Shown one piece after another: positions 13,748 to 28,065 of a stretch of 64,000 nucleotides of DNA. The position numbers were made by a program, and so were the translations under genes. Origin of the DNA: Entomortierella parvispora E1425. Lineage: Eukaryota; Fungi; Mortierellomycota. Where the stretch lies: assembly GCA_020891255.1 (NCBI GenBank), contig BQFW01000005.1, positions 1,798,001 through 1,862,000 of the forward strand, written 5' to 3'. The notes beneath the pieces were generated by a model. The model was given only the letters and a program-made list of their open reading frames with translations. It ran no database searches and had not been told where the DNA came from. How positions within the stretch are numbered: position 1 is the stretch's first letter; each line of letters opens with the position of its first letter.

Positions 13748-16700
13748 AAAACGTGGGATACCAGGCCCTGCTGCACAAGCCATACGACCATATCGTTGTA
13801 ACAATACATGCATTTCTCAATCATTTCACTTTCTGTCAATGCACCTTGAACATATGGACCCCTTAATTTTACTGGCAATCACAAGCCACCTTTCGATGCA
13901 GGTCTTTGCCCATGCAACGCCCAGATGCTTGATTCTCTCACCCTCACTCCCTCTGTCATTGAGGTATGTCTTTTCGTCCATCTTGATAAACGTGTCTCTT
14001 TCTGTCTGTTCTTCAGCTTTGCATCCCTTTCCAAGGAAGTGCCTCGGTGGTTTCTTTTTGGCATTCTCGGGTGCTTGTCATCCACAGGAAAGTGGGTCGC
14101 AATTGGGGAGGTATGCGGTCATCAGGGCCTGGTTTTGTATCCTCTTCAGAAACCCAAGCTCTTTCATGGACATCTCAAACCACATTTTTCGGGCCCTTTG
14201 TTCCCTTTCTTGACTGGAAAACGGGAACGCGTCTTTGGATTTCTTGATCATCTTTCAGAGTTTCTCCTTTTCGCGTCCATGGCTACTCTTATTCCGCTGT
14301 GTGAATCCGCTCCCTTACTGCTCTTTTCGCGGTCGTTTCGTGTTTACCCAGACTACTACAAAGACCTTGTTTCCCAGGGCAGAAGATACACTCGTTGGTG
14401 ATTGCTCACTCTTTGACCCAGGTTCTTCCTCCTTCCTTTGCGGTTCTCAGGTCATTCTTGCTCCCTTTTTCACTTGTGGGAAAAAAAATATCTTGACTTG
14501 ATTGTTTGACCCTTTTTTTTTATTCCCAAGAATCATCGCATCTTTCCATAAAATCGTCCTTGACGTTTCTACCCGCCACAGCTTTTTTCCTCTGTGCATC
14601 ATCCTCCTCATATAAAACCCTAAATCCTGTTGCTATCTTCTATTGCCACGATCAAAGTACTCGCTGGACCGTCCTTGTTCCGCCAGTACATCTGTACAAC
14701 AAAGGCCATACTGGGGACAAACGTGGTTCCTAGGAAACGTTCGTGTGTGTGACAATTGTGCCGGAGCTGGTCACATGGCCTTCTGAGGGGCTCGATTTAC
14801 AGGCTACACATTCTCTTTTTACATTTCTATGGGCCAGTCTCCTTTGGGTTGGTTGACGTTGCAGTATGAATGATGTTTCTTTTTTTTTTTGTTATTACTA
14901 TTCGATATTCTTCAGGTGGTCCTTGCTCTTAAGGACAAACTTTTTTTTATTACTTGGTGGAGATGTTAGCCTGAGCCTCTGGAGGGAGCTGGTTGATAGC
15001 AGAGCAATGTGCTCCAAATTCTCGTTTTGTTTGTGTTACTCTTTGGCCTATCTCGCTCTCATGATGTAGGGTGACAAAGAAGACGATGTGAAAGATGTGT
15101 CTGGGGTTGAAGAAGAGGGGAGATCTTGTTGAGCGATGCTTGCCAAGAGAGGGATTCATAGTAAGGACGACGTAGCGAAGGCTGGACCTTATGAAAAGGA
15201 CATTGGGGCAAAGAGAGTGTGAGAGCAGATCCAAGGGCTATATCCTTTGTCTCGCGGGTTGATGGAGGTCTGTTGGAATGTTTGGGACGCGATTTGTAGT
15301 ACGTTGGGGACATTTTGTTGATTCAGACAGAGGAAATGGACATTTTATTTTCATTTCCAACTTTTTGTGTTTTTTTGCGATGGGTGTCTTGGCCGATGAC
15401 CGGGTTGGGTTCGCAGTGGAGTACCTCTTTCCTCCCTTTTGTTGATCACAGTGTTGAATCCGGTCCTCCTCTCAACCATTTATCTGTTGGGGGAAATATT
15501 GGACTTCGTGGGCCAGTATTCGCAGATCGTGGTCCTTTGTGATCACTTTCAATTCTTCTACAAGAGAGCGGCTGGAATGAACACTTTTGATTCAAGGCGA
15601 AAGAGGGAATTGTCGAAGGACGAAGGCATCGTGCAATGATGACATCAGAGGATCTTGTTTTGAGAGACTGGATCTACCGTCTTTTTGGATCCTTATTCCT
15701 CTTGCAGAGGGTTAAAGAAAAGTGGAGACCTTCTTTAGAGAGAAGGAGCGCTTTGGAAGAAAGGTTGAACGAACCAAAGACGAAGGAACCTTTCTTGAGG
15801 GTGTGTTTATTTGGGAAAGTTTTCAATGAAAGAGCTTTGGAGAGGTTGCTGCAAAACCAACTTTCATTGGTGTTTATTTCCTTGATGTCAACATTCTACG
15901 ACCTTTGCTGGCGCATTTTTTTTGCTTTCTTGGAGATATTGCCACATAAAAAGGAACACTGATAACCCCTTGAGCAAAGGCGATGGGTTCGTCAGAGTTG
16001 GATGGATAGACAGACAGACAGAGACCTCAAAAGCGTTGAATTCAATGATGTTGATGATCTGACATGACAATTTTTATTTTTGACACCGCGGGTCCTTTCT
16101 CGCGGTGGCCTCATCTTTCAAAAAAAAAGGAACTGGATTGGTGGCAAAGGGTCAGCCGGATATTTTGTTGACAAGCCGAATTCAAAAGCAGGGTCTGAGA
16201 TGAACTTTCTTAGGTTTGAAGCAATAAACCATGATCGGAAGTGGGTTTTTTTTGAGCGATCGCTCTCTGTCCTCTAGTCTCTCCTTCTCTCCGTCTGCTT
16301 TGCGAAGCAGAAAGTACCACATGAACGGTGGACTACCAGCGGAAGGAAGGAGAGGGGTGTACGACGCCCCTCATGAAGCGCCATGTGGAGTGGCGCACTG
16401 TTAGCAGTATCAAACGCTATCTGTGGGTCACGCAATTCGCAACAGAATAAGAGTGCAAGACGGCGGCTCATTGTTGGTTCCATTTGTTTATTGTCAGGTA
16501 TTGTATTGAATCAATCTCATCATTTCACAGCAGCAAGCAACAGTGGCAGCTGCGGCACATGTCAGTTCTCGTTCCCGGTGAAGGAAGAGCCAGGGAAGTG
16601 AGCAAATGATAGGCAGGGCACATGAACACAAGTTGGCCAGTCCCCATGCGAAGTCTGGCCGCTGTTACACGCGTTACACCAGGGACAGGCAAAAGGCAAA

Positions 16701-17351
16701 AGGGACAGTGGGCGAGGATACTGGCAGCATCAGTGAACAAAGAAGAAGAGGAAGAGAGACAATAGCAGCAATCGTCTACAATAGCAAGAGGAAGAGCACA
16801 GGAAAGCAAGGTTATGGTTCGGCAGCAGCAGTGGAGAAAGCAAAGTGCAAAAGTGGATCGCTGTCTTCTTTTTTTCCTCCCCGATCGGTTACATTAATAT
16901 CATTTTCAGGCACAGACAGAAGGGACGGACACTGATTTATTATCTTCATGCCTTGCGCTATTCTCTGCTGCTCTTTCTCGGTCTGCTTCGTTGCCGGCGC
17001 TTGTTGTCGTTCGTGGGTTGCTCATCATTGTCGTCACTGCCACTGCCCGGTCTCTCTCTCTCTTTCTCTCGCTCTTCTTCCCTTCTCTCTCTCCCTCTCT
17101 TTCACTCGCTCTTCTTCCCTTCTTCCCTTCTCTCTTCACCCTCATCTCGCCATCTCCATCCACCCATCTCTCCACTCATCGTGCAACCCGGGCCGGATAC
17201 CAAATTAGACCGTTACACAACGGGTCCCCCTGTCCCCCCCTTGCTCTCACTCTTTCTACTTTGACACCATCCAGTCTTCTTTACATCAACATCATCCCAT
17301 TCCACGCAGACATCAGGTCTCACCTGCCTTGCTTCAAACCCGACTCTCAAA

Positions 17352-20300
17352 ATGGCGGGTCTCTTCTCCAAAAAGACGAAAAAGGACAAGGACGACACCA
17401 GCAGCACCAACAGCAGCACCAATGCTCGGTACCAAGGCGGTATCAGCAGTGGTCGGCCTAGCCAAAGCTCCAACGGTCGTGACAACTCGTCTGCCAACAA
17501 CAGCGTCTCGTACTCTCACTCTGACTATGGATCCTTTCAACAACACCAGCAGCAACAGCAACAGCAACAACAGCACTATTATGGGCAGGCTTCTGCTTAC
17601 TCAAGCAAGGGTTCTTTGCCTTACTCGGGCCATCAGCAGGGCACGTCGTCGTCGTTTCAGCTCCACTCCAATGCTTCGATCACGACTCATAACCAGGCCA
17701 TGTTGAACCAGCACAATCATGGTAGTAGCCACCCCAACAGTCCTTGGTTGCACGGCATGCTCATGTCTACAAACCCGTTCCCGAGGTTCTCTCACACGGC
17801 GTCCTATGTCTCGACCGGGACTGACATCTATGTCTTTGGAGGGATTGTCAAGGGCTCAGCCATGAAGGATGTGCATGCGATTGATTTCAGTAAGTGCCCA
17901 TTTGTTCCAGACGTGAAAAGCAGGATGAGATGGTGACACGATGCTAAAGGTGGTTTGGGCTCTGTTTGTTTCTCGACAAAGGAAGCGTTGTTGCAGAAGG
18001 GACGACAACAAGCACAACAGAGCGGACATACATGGGGACTGACCCCAGTCATTGGTCATGATCTAACCGCGTACCTTCTTCAATGTAGATTCGCTCCACT
18101 GCCAGCTTATTCCTGTGGGCGGGGATGGACCTTCGGGGTTGAATGGCCATACGGCTGTGGCTCTGGGACAATACGTGATGTGTAAGATGAACGATGGAGG
18201 TGCATGCACGGTTGAGAGATGACTGAGGGTCGTCCTACTTGTTCTGACGCACCAGCTCCTTTTTTCTTTCCATAGATTTTGGCGGCAAGGACGCCAAGGG
18301 CAAGAACTCGGACACGCTTTATGTCCTGCATACAGCCCGCAAGCAGTGGAACAAGCCCTCGATCCAGAGTCTGCTTCCCCCGCCACGACACTCTCATGCG
18401 GCCTGCTTGGTCGGTACCGTGATGTACATCTGCGGTGGCCAGCTCTCTGGCTTTTATATGAACGACATTGCTGCCTTTGACATGAAAACCTGTAAGAACA
18501 AGAACCAGGTCCTGCGCTGTATAGAATGTTCGGTGCTGTGCAGAGGCGTCCATCTTTGAAATTGACTTGCTTTCGTCTCGGTTTAATTGAATAGTGAACG
18601 GAAAGCGTCCTGTTTGGACTCAGCTGGAACCAAAGTCAGATCTGCCCCCTGCGCGTGCTGGACACTGCGCGGCGGCATTTGACGGCAACGTTTATATGTA
18701 AGGGACAGCCTGTCTTTATTTTTTCTATCCGCCATACTTCGGGTCATCAAAGAAACGTTCCTTTTTTTACTAATTGTCTGGGTAACTGTTGATACATCGG
18801 TCAATAGTTTCGGAGGAGCAGACGACAAGTATTTCTACAACGACATTTGGTGCTACAGCCCTGGGAGTAACAAATGGGCGGCTGTTCCCGCTTTTGGGGA
18901 GCTGCCTGCTAGTCGACAGGGCCACACTGTGTGCGTGATTGACGACGTCATGTATGTCTTTGGAGGCATGAGCCATGAGGACCTGCCCCTGTCTGATCTT
19001 TGGGCATTCAAGTTCACTGGTAAGAGCACTTGGCCAGGAAACTACATCCAATATGTGTATTGTCCAGGAACGTCAAAGCTTACGCTAGCCCATCGTTTCA
19101 TTTCACGCCCTATAGATCGCAGATGGATATCCATTCCCACGACAATGGATACGGCCTCACCTCGGTCTGAGCATGCCATGTGCAATGTTGGTGACAAAAT
19201 CTATATCTTTGGCGGTCAGCTGGATCTGAATGCCAAGGAGGATTCCGGCACCGTTTTTATCCTTGATACTGGTATGTTTTTTAACAATTTGGAAAAAAAA
19301 GTTCGTGCAGTATGTGTAGTATGATGTTGTTGGATCTGGGAAACTGACGCTGATCTTTTTATTGCTAATGGAACTATAGCCAAGATCCCTTGGAATGATC
19401 TCGCCTCGATGACAGCACCCAGGGCCACATATGAAAACGATCTTAATCAGCGAATCCCCGACGAGGATGCACCCTATTCAGATCAGCACGCCCTCAATGA
19501 GGAGTATTCGCAGGACTCGCGACGCGGCAATTACCAGCAACAGCAGCAACAACAGCAGCGTCAATACGATTCTCAGCACGACCAGCAGCATCAAAACTAC
19601 TTAAACAGACAAGAGTCGTACAATGAGAATCACTCTCAGCAACACCACTATGAGCAAGACGAGGACGCGGCCGCTCACCAACCCTCTCGCTTGAGTGTAG
19701 AGTTCAACGAAGCTACTCATGTGGCTCGCCGCAGGACCATTGGCAAGCCAGTCGGATTCTCAATCCAAGAGATTGAACCCTCCCATAATCGATCCTCGCC
19801 CGTTCCGATGCAAGAACATGACTTGGAGCGTGATCAATCACGAACAAAGCGGGATAACCGGGGCTACAACTCCGGTCCCATTCAGCTCAGCCATCATCAG
19901 CAGCACCAGCAAAGCAACCACCGGAACATGCCTCTGAATGGCTCCAGTGCTTCCGGCGGTGTTTCTCAGCAATTTGCACATCTCGATTTGAACCGCCAGG
20001 GCTCGACCAACACTACGGCCAGTGAAAATATGAACCGTCAGGGTTCTTTAGTGGACAGTGAGAACCGAGGTTCCTACACCTCCATTACTCACATGCAGCC
20101 AGCGGTTAGAACTTCGGTCGACCCATCTCAACGAGCGCCTCTTCGGATCACTAACCCAGATGGACCAGCCGACTCACCTGCAGAGCAAATCAAGCGAAAC
20201 TACCAGTCCACTGCCGCCGCTGCCGCCGCCGCTGCTGCGGCCACATCCCCCAACGGATCCATCCCATCAACCCCACTGACACCCATTCCTTCAAAGGATA

Positions 20301-22663
20301 ACAAAGGCGATGAAGGTGAAATCAAAGATCTGCGACAGCGAGAGCAATGGCTCCTGGCCGAGGTGTCGATGGCGCGTAAGCGAATGGGCGATCGACCTTT
20401 GAGCATGGCTATCTTGGCCCTTGAAGATGAGCTGGCGGCTTGTGAGGTCGACAGTGAGAAGTACCGCATCATGCAAGCTCTTTTGAATGTCAAGGCCGAA
20501 TTGGAGCGTTCAAAGACATCGATCGCAACCCAGGCTCAGATTGCTTCCAACAAGATCAAGGAAGCAGAAAGAGTTCGGACCTCTGCTCTCCAAGAGGCTG
20601 CCTATCTCAAGGCTAAGGTCAATGCACTCCAGGCTGGTGATGAGTCTGCTTTGTCTCAAACTGAATCTCTTAGGGCCCAGGATCTGGAGACTCGATTGAC
20701 TACCGCTTTGACGCAGTTGGAGACATATGAGGCCCAGTTTGTCCAGTACGAAACTATCCTGGAACACGAGAGAATGACGCGAGAGGCTGCCGAGGAACGT
20801 GAGCGGGATGCTTCTTCCAGAGCAGAGGAGGCTCAGATGGCTCATACCCGAGCCTTGAACGAGCTCACGACCTTACATGAGCGTGCGTCAGTGGCCGAGG
20901 CTAGCCTTCGTGAGTCGGTTGCAAACCGGGCCACCAGCGAAGCCGGACTTTCCAGCTATCAGCAACAATCTGCCGTTTTGTTCTCTCAGATTTCAACTCT
21001 CAAGACCACAGTGGATCACCAAAAGAAGTCCCTTGAAAAGGCCAAGATGGCCTACTCAGTGGCGAACGAGAGAGCTGAACATGCCGACAAGCTTTGGACA
21101 CAATCTCGACAAGAGATGGACAAGGTCCAGTTAATGGTGGGCAACATTCAGGCGGATCTCAGTCGTGCGCAACGTGAATCAGACCACTGGCAGACAAAGG
21201 CTGGCGAGATGGAGGTTCTCTGGCAGAAAGCCAAGAGCGAGAGCGAGGCCATGAGGACCTTGTTGGAGGAAGACATGAACTCGAACGAGTCCTCCGCTTC
21301 CTTCATGTCCAAGGACCGTAAGCACGATTCCATTATCGCCATTACCTCTGCTTCTCGAGTTGCAGAGCTTGAGCACGAGTTGACCACACTTCGTCAATTG
21401 TTGCGCGAATCCCAGGATGCTGCAAGCCAGTCGGCCAAAGACTTGAGCGACACCATGTTACGTATCTCTCAGTTGGAGCAGACATCTATGAGTGCTCGAG
21501 CTGAGGCGGCAACGGCGCAGCGTCAGCTGAAGGAGTCCAGAGACAAGGTTGCGTTGCTTCAGGCTCAGCTGATTCGCAAGGAGGAATCGTTCGAGGAGTT
21601 GGTCAAGGAGCAGGCGTCTAAAGGCGGAAACGCCGAAGATACCGCAGCGGCATCATTGGTTCCTGGTCTGAAATCAAAAGTGCAGGAGGCCGAGAAGCAA
21701 ACTCGGGAGGTTGAAAACCAACTTGAGGAGATGCTCCAGAACAAACAACAACAGGAGGATCGGATTCAACAACTGGAAGCCGATTACCAGACCGCGGTCC
21801 ACTATGTGCAGGGTACAGAGTCGATGCTAAAGAAGCTGCAGGAGGAGCTCCAACAGGCCAAAAAGAACACCAGATCCACTAATAGTTCAGAAAGCCAGGG
21901 GGAACTCGAGGAGGAAGTTGCTGAGCTCCATCGCCGTTTGCACGACTCGGAGCAAAGGGCTGAGACATTGGCGGCAAAACTGGAAAGTAGTGGTGGTAAT
22001 GGAAACAAGGACCTTGAGTCCCGACTCCGTGTCTTGGAGGAGGAGTTGGAGCAGGCACATGCTCTGAACAAGGTCACGGGACAGGAATTGGAGGATGCGC
22101 TGGACGCTCTCAAGGCCAAGAAGGGCAATGGTCAGCAAGAAGCAGAGCTGGAGTCTATAATCCGCAGCCTGAAGAGAACCAACCGGGATCTGGAGGGGCA
22201 ACTGAGGGCGTCCGAGGGCAAAATTTCATTGCTATTGGACAATTTCCAGGCAGGAAGTGGCCATACAGGCTCAGACTCTCCCAGGAACAGCATTGCGAGT
22301 CTGAATGGCTTGATGATGGGTCTCAACCATAGCGGCAACGACGGGACTTCTTCCTCACACCCCACAAGTCCTCTTCGATCTCAATTTCAATTGACCAGTC
22401 ATCAACAGCAGCAGCGATCGGCACCTTCATCATCGTCTAGTCATACCTCGCCATCATATGCAGCTCGCAGTGGACGGGTAGCTCAGGCGACTTTGATCTC
22501 GGACGTGTCTGCAGGACGCTCGGCTTCACCGATGGCCCACTCCAGCCCAACCTCGGGAGTGACTGGTGACGAAAGCAAAACGATGACCAGCTCTCAAAAG
22601 CTGGAGGAGTATGAGAAAATGATTGAGGAGATGACTAATGCTCGGCGATTGTACGAGGAATAG
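17352..22663 (+). CDS. Kelch-repeat and coiled-coil polarity protein, Kel1/Tea1 family (multi-exon)
   Basis: Repeated kelch blades (PFPRFSHTA..IYVFGG, PRHSHAACLVGTVMYICGGQL, SRQGHTVCVIDDVMYVFGG, PRSEHAMCNVGDKIYIFGG) across spliced exons, then a roughly 1000-aa coiled-coil exon (19409-22663). Confidence 0.88.
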
Positions 22664-23340
22664 AGTCGAGGGCCATAGGCCAAGAAAACGAGACTAGACT
22701 CCACCAGACACAAGGCACAGCCAGTGCGGATGTGCCGTTCTCGTTTTGTATCAACAATAATATTCAAGTGTATTTATTCATTTTAAACCTGTTGGCGAGT
22801 GTAGGTCGTAACCGCCCAATAGAGATAGATGTTTGTTCTAGTGGTGGTGACCAATCTTTCTCGAAACTGTGCCTGTTGTCTCTTTATTCTTCCCTATCCA
22901 ACGAGGGCCCCATTGCGCGTATGTAGTGCCGGTTGTTTCCGCTATCAAGTGTAACTTACTTTTCTTTTCTCAAAGACAGATCCTGACTCTATTCCTAATC
23001 AAATCAGGGAATATGACCAGCTTGCTTTTCAAAATGAAAATGGTACAGGCGGTCCACACTTTTAAGCTGTGAGAGCTCTTGCTCGTTGCCCGGTAATCTA
23101 GCTCCTTCTTGCTCAATTGCCAATTGAGCTCCAGAATAGGACGCGACGATCAAGAGAGAGCCGCCCTTTGGCAGAGATCGCTGCACGATGGGCACATGGT
23201 GAGCAGAGGTAAACCCGGCCTTATTTATGAAGGTGCACGAGAAAGAGTATGGGAGGGTGGCAGGTAAAAGGGGATCCATCGTCACGATGGTCCTCTTCTA
23301 TGTTCGAATTTGTCAAAAAAAAAAAAAAAAAAAAAAAGAG

Positions 23341-23446
23341 TGGGAGAGGGAGGGATTCGAACCCACGACTGCTCTAAGCAGACTGCAGGGACAATTTTGC
23401 ACGAATGCGGGGGTTGCAGCGCCTTGGACCACTCAGCCACCTCTCC
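23341..23446 (-). tRNA. Class II (Leu/Ser-like, long variable arm) tRNA-like gene; anticodon undetermined, possibly a pseudogene or non-canonical RNA
   Basis: Acceptor GGAGAGG/CCTCTCC; A box TGGCTGAGTGG; anticodon stem CTGCA/TGCAG enclosing 27 nt; variable arm CTGC/GCAG; B box GGTTCGAATCC; long oligo-T terminator just downstream. Confidence 0.7.
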
Positions 23447-23872
23447 GTCAAACAATACTAATTTGTTTTTACTGCATGGTCCTTGTATCGGCCTAAAAAC
23501 GAGGCAAGAGCCGCGCCTGCCTAAAAAAAGAAAAAAAAAAAAAAAAAAGCATCAAAGCTGCCCTTTTTTCATTTTTTTTCTTTTATACGCCCCTGTTCCT
23601 TCTCAGTGTACATGGACAGAAGAGGAACCGTCGTCAACTCGTGCCTGGATAGAGGCTAGAGACTGAAATTTACCTGGAAGAGTGAAAAAGGCGACCTTCA
23701 GAAGAGGAGCCAAGAGGAGACGCATCGTGTGGCGGATAAATCGATAAATCAGTCACACATCGCTTCATGACTCTTCTTTTCATTGTCTATTGCTCCACCT
23801 TTTCTGCCCTTGCCTCCTGACGTTCCATATCTCATCCGCCAAGCTTGCTCCTCACATCTACGCTCTTTTGTA

Positions 23873-25453
23873 ATGGCGGAACAGGAGTTAAAGTGTATGA
23901 CTGATGTTGTCTCTTAGTCCTCGTTGAGTTGTCCTCGTATCTTGGCCTGCGCTCACTCTACGCCACCAATGTGTAGGCAACCTGTTGACATGTAGAAGCA
24001 TTCTTGGCTCTCAAGGGAAGGTATCCACCAATCGTTGTGTCTCGTCCAGCAGCGGGTCTTTCCCTTAGCATCAACTCTGACTCTTGTTTTCCTGTAGGCT
24101 TGCGTTACTACATGTTCTCGTAGGTTGATGTTCTGCTAACTCCTGTTATCAGTGACTTGGATGTTGTTTCTAAATGATCGAATCATTTAGACGTCTTTTG
24201 TGTACGATGTGCAAACCGGAGCTTCGAGGCGGCTCTAGTGTGTCCAGCATGCGAAACGATCCTGACTCAACCGTAAGATCCAAAGAAGATACGGAGCATT
24301 GGTTTTGAAGGGCACCAAGAGACATGGCTACCTACTTATACCACAATCATTCTCCAAATCTTGAGCTTAGAGACGATATCGTCTTTGTGGAGCTGAACCC
24401 CAGTCAGGAGTATCGATCGGTAAAAAAAAAAAAAGGAAACAGGTGTTGCTCCCTATCTCACGAAATTCCTCAAATTCAAACTAATTTTTCGAGTCTAATT
24501 CATCGGGCCCGAAAGTCCATCCTGTCTGGACTCCGTCCAGAGATCGTCATGGAGATCTGCACAAGAGCAATCTCGTTCTGGACCTACCAGACTGCACAGG
24601 AAGCACGATTTCAGGAAATGACCCAAAAGAGCCTGGAAGATAAGCTCAGTGCGCTGGAGAAGCAGCTGCAAAAGATGACAAGAGATGTGAATGCAGAGCT
24701 GTCAGGTTTGAAGAGCTTTCCTTCTTTGTACTTTTGCAGATTCTGAAAGCTCAGGCATGAAGAAGGCTGATCGTGGAACCCCTGTTGATGTAGGATTTCG
24801 TGATACTGTGGGCAGTAAGTTCAATAGCGAACAAGGGAACGAATCATGGATGGCAAGATTATTCATTGTGACTCCACCTCCCATTCATCCAAGATCTCCA
24901 AAAGGAACTCGAGCAGGAAAAACGAAGAGGCGTGGACCTGAGTGAGCAGTTGGATGAGAAATCGCGACAGCTGTCCAAGGTCCAAAATATGTACGATCGT
25001 CAGAAGCGAAGACCTTTGTTCCCCCTGGCGACAGAGCCACCTCACTCGCAGATAGTGATGCCATCTCTTCCTTCCTGGAACCCCTATAATCTCTATCGGA
25101 CTGCCGTAAGTGAACGCGTCTCCATGGTAGATAGAGGACCTAGATCCACCGTTGTGCTGTCTAACAATTAACATCATCCATAGTCTGCAATACAGAATCC
25201 TGTAGGGATGGAAGCATCGAGACCTCCGCCTGCTGGGGCAATGCTCAACAAGTCCGTGGATGCAGCTGCTGAGCCCACGATCCACACCATATACCATCCC
25301 ACGCAAGGTCACCTCGGATCGCCGCCACGACCCTTCTCGCCTCCTGCGCCGATGCCAGTATTTGGTGGTCCTCGCAGAGTTGACGCCCTTCCTGGGGGAG
25401 TATACTCGGGGAATTCTATCAGCCAGCGTTTCGGTACCAGGCCACGCCCTTGA
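23873..25453 (+). CDS. HEI10: Meiotic RING E3 ligase HEI10/CCNB1IP1 (multi-exon)
   Basis: Spliced MAEQELKCNLLTCR..ACVTTCSHVFCVRCA..CPACETILTQPDDIVFVELNPSQEYRS..SILSGLRPEIVMEICTRAISFWTYQ, followed by coiled coil. Confidence 0.88.
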
Positions 25454-25840
25454 GTGGGGTAGCGGTGCCTGTTTTTATCCTGATCCAACCGAACAAAGAA
25501 GTTTTTTTTTTTCATTGGCAAAAATGAGGGCGGCGAGTGGAAGCACGTTTTTGAACGTGGTCTTTGCAGTGCAGCACTGTGATTGGTCAGAGCGGCCGCT
25601 CCCCTGTTCCATCCACTTGGCAGACAGAGAGAGAGACGGACAGAGAGAGACACACACACACAGACACCCACACCACGGGCATGTCTTCCATGGGATTCCA
25701 TCCTTCCTTCCTTCTGTTCCTCCACCTCTCTTTCTTTCTCTCCTTCCTTCCTTCCTTCCTGCCTTTCTTCCATCACAGGACAACCGTCATCAGCTGGAAT
25801 CTCAGGACACCCCACCGTCTAACCCGACCAACTCTTGATC

Positions 25841-28065
25841 ATGCTCGACTTTGTCTCCATCGCCACCAAAGGCGGCCTTGTCCTCTGGTCCAAGGCCTAC
25901 GGCCCTGTGCAGTCCTCGCCCATCAACAGCCTCATCCAAGACGTACTCATCGAGGAGCGTGCATCCACTCAGATCTACTACAAAGACAACTACGCGCTCA
26001 AGTGGACATTCATCAATGAACTAGACCTCGTCTTTATTGTAAGACATTGCTCCTTTCCTTGCATGGCTGCACAATCTGATCCGCTCATCTAATCTTCGTT
26101 TCTTTCTACCTTCTACTTTGCTCACAGGTTGTGTATCCAAAGTCGTTGGGTTTGACTTATATCGATACTTTGCTTCAGGCAGCCAGCTCCAGATTCAGTG
26201 ATCTGTACGGCGAGCGGATATTGCGCAAGAGTGGAGGCGTACCCCAGCTGAAGGATTGGGGTGTCGAGTTTGAGGCCCTCTTGCAGACGATTGAAGATCA
26301 GGATGCTTTGGTAGGTCCAAAATATACAAACGGATACCACGGTGATGTAACAGGATGGGCTGATGCCCCCATGACGATGGGCTAAACATACCTTTTTCTT
26401 CCCTTGAACATCACTGGAAAATAGTCGAAAAAGTCGAAGCAGCCCCGCAAGTTTGAGCAGACAGTAGGATATACAAACTCATTGGCATTCGCAAAGGCAA
26501 AGCCAGAGGAAAACGCCAACAAGGCGGCGTTGCTGGATGAGGAGATGTATCAACGCAACATTGAAGCACTCAAGAAGAAATCTGGAGGATCGCCAAGGAT
26601 GACTAGCAGAAGAGCCAACAAGGCCAAATCTCCAGCTGGCTCACCTGTTATTGGATCAGAAAACAAGAAATCCAAGGAAGCTCGCACTTGGGACGGCAAA
26701 ATCTCGGCCAAGGATGCAAAGAGTCTTGATTACAGTAACTCCGAAGGGTCCAACATTGTTAATGCGGATCATTTGGTAAGAAAGAGGGTGGACTTGATGA
26801 TATATGAGAGTTTATGGTCCACAGAAACTAACTCTACTTGCCCATATTGGATCGCCAGGTGGATCAAAGTGGAATGGGTCAACATAGCAAGGATGGCACC
26901 TACAACGTCGCAGATTTGGATGACAACGAGGATGACGAGAGCTACAGCGACGATGAATCTGAAGAGGAATATACCAAAATCTCTGCCCGATCTCTTCAGG
27001 CCAAGAAGCCCGCTGCATCAAGTGGATTGATGTCGTTCTTCAAGAACATGACAGGACAAAAAGAGATGACTCCCGAGACTCTGGAACCTATCATGAGCAA
27101 GATGAAGGAGCACCTTGTCAACAAGAACGTCGCAGCTGATATTGCCCAGCATCTTTGTGACTCTGTTGCCAAGGGTCTTGTCGGCCAAACTCTTGGGAGT
27201 TTCAAGAGCGTGCAAGCACACGTGAAGCAGAGCATGGAGACGGCACTGAAGCGCATCTTGACCCCCAAGACGTCTGTGGATCTTTTGCGGGATATTGCTC
27301 AAGCCCAAGCAGAGAATCGACCCTATACGATTGTCTTCATTGGAGTCAACGGCGTGGGCAAGTCCACTAATTTGTCCAAGACAGCTTTCTGGTTGCTGCA
27401 AAACAACTTGAAGGTCCTTATTGCCGCCTGTGATACTTTCCGTTCTGGAGCTGTGGAACAACTGCGAGTGCACGTCAGGAACTTGAAAGCACTGGAGCAG
27501 AATGCTGTCGTGGATCTTTATGAGAAGGGCTATGGCAAAGATTCGGCATCTATTGCGAAGGAGGCTATTGCATCTGCGAAGCAGACTAAGCATGATGTTG
27601 TCCTGATTGACACTGCAGGACGCATGCAGGACAACGACCCTCTCATGCGCGCTTTGGCCAAGGTATTTTTTTTTTTTTTTTTTTTTGTATTATGAATAGT
27701 TTAAGGATCTTGAGCCTAGTTGCTGACAAGTTCATGATCCCACTTTTAATGTCTAATAGCTTGTGACAGTCAATAACCCAGACAAGATCATTTTTGTGGG
27801 CGAGGCATTGGTCGGTAACGAGGCCGTGGATCAGTTGACAAAGTTCAATGCCGCACTGAAGGACTACTCTGGACTGGCGAACCCTCGTCACATCGACGGG
27901 ATGATCTTGACCAAGTTTGATACCATCGACGACAAGGTTGGCGCAGCACTGTCGATGACCTACACAACAGGACAACCGATCCTGTTTGTAGGTACAGGCC
28001 AGACATACACAGATCTGAAGAACATGAAGGTCAGCCATGTTGTGCAGTCGCTCCTGCGCGAGTAG
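25841..28065 (+). CDS. SRP101: Signal recognition particle receptor alpha subunit (multi-exon)
   Basis: SRX N-terminus [16 protein letters not shown]; NG GTPase motifs [55 protein letters not shown]. Confidence 0.96.

Noticed and set aside
23341-23446. Selenocysteine tRNA hypothesis
   Set aside because: No TCA anticodon, and a 7/5 acceptor/T-stem rather than the extended 9/4 arrangement.
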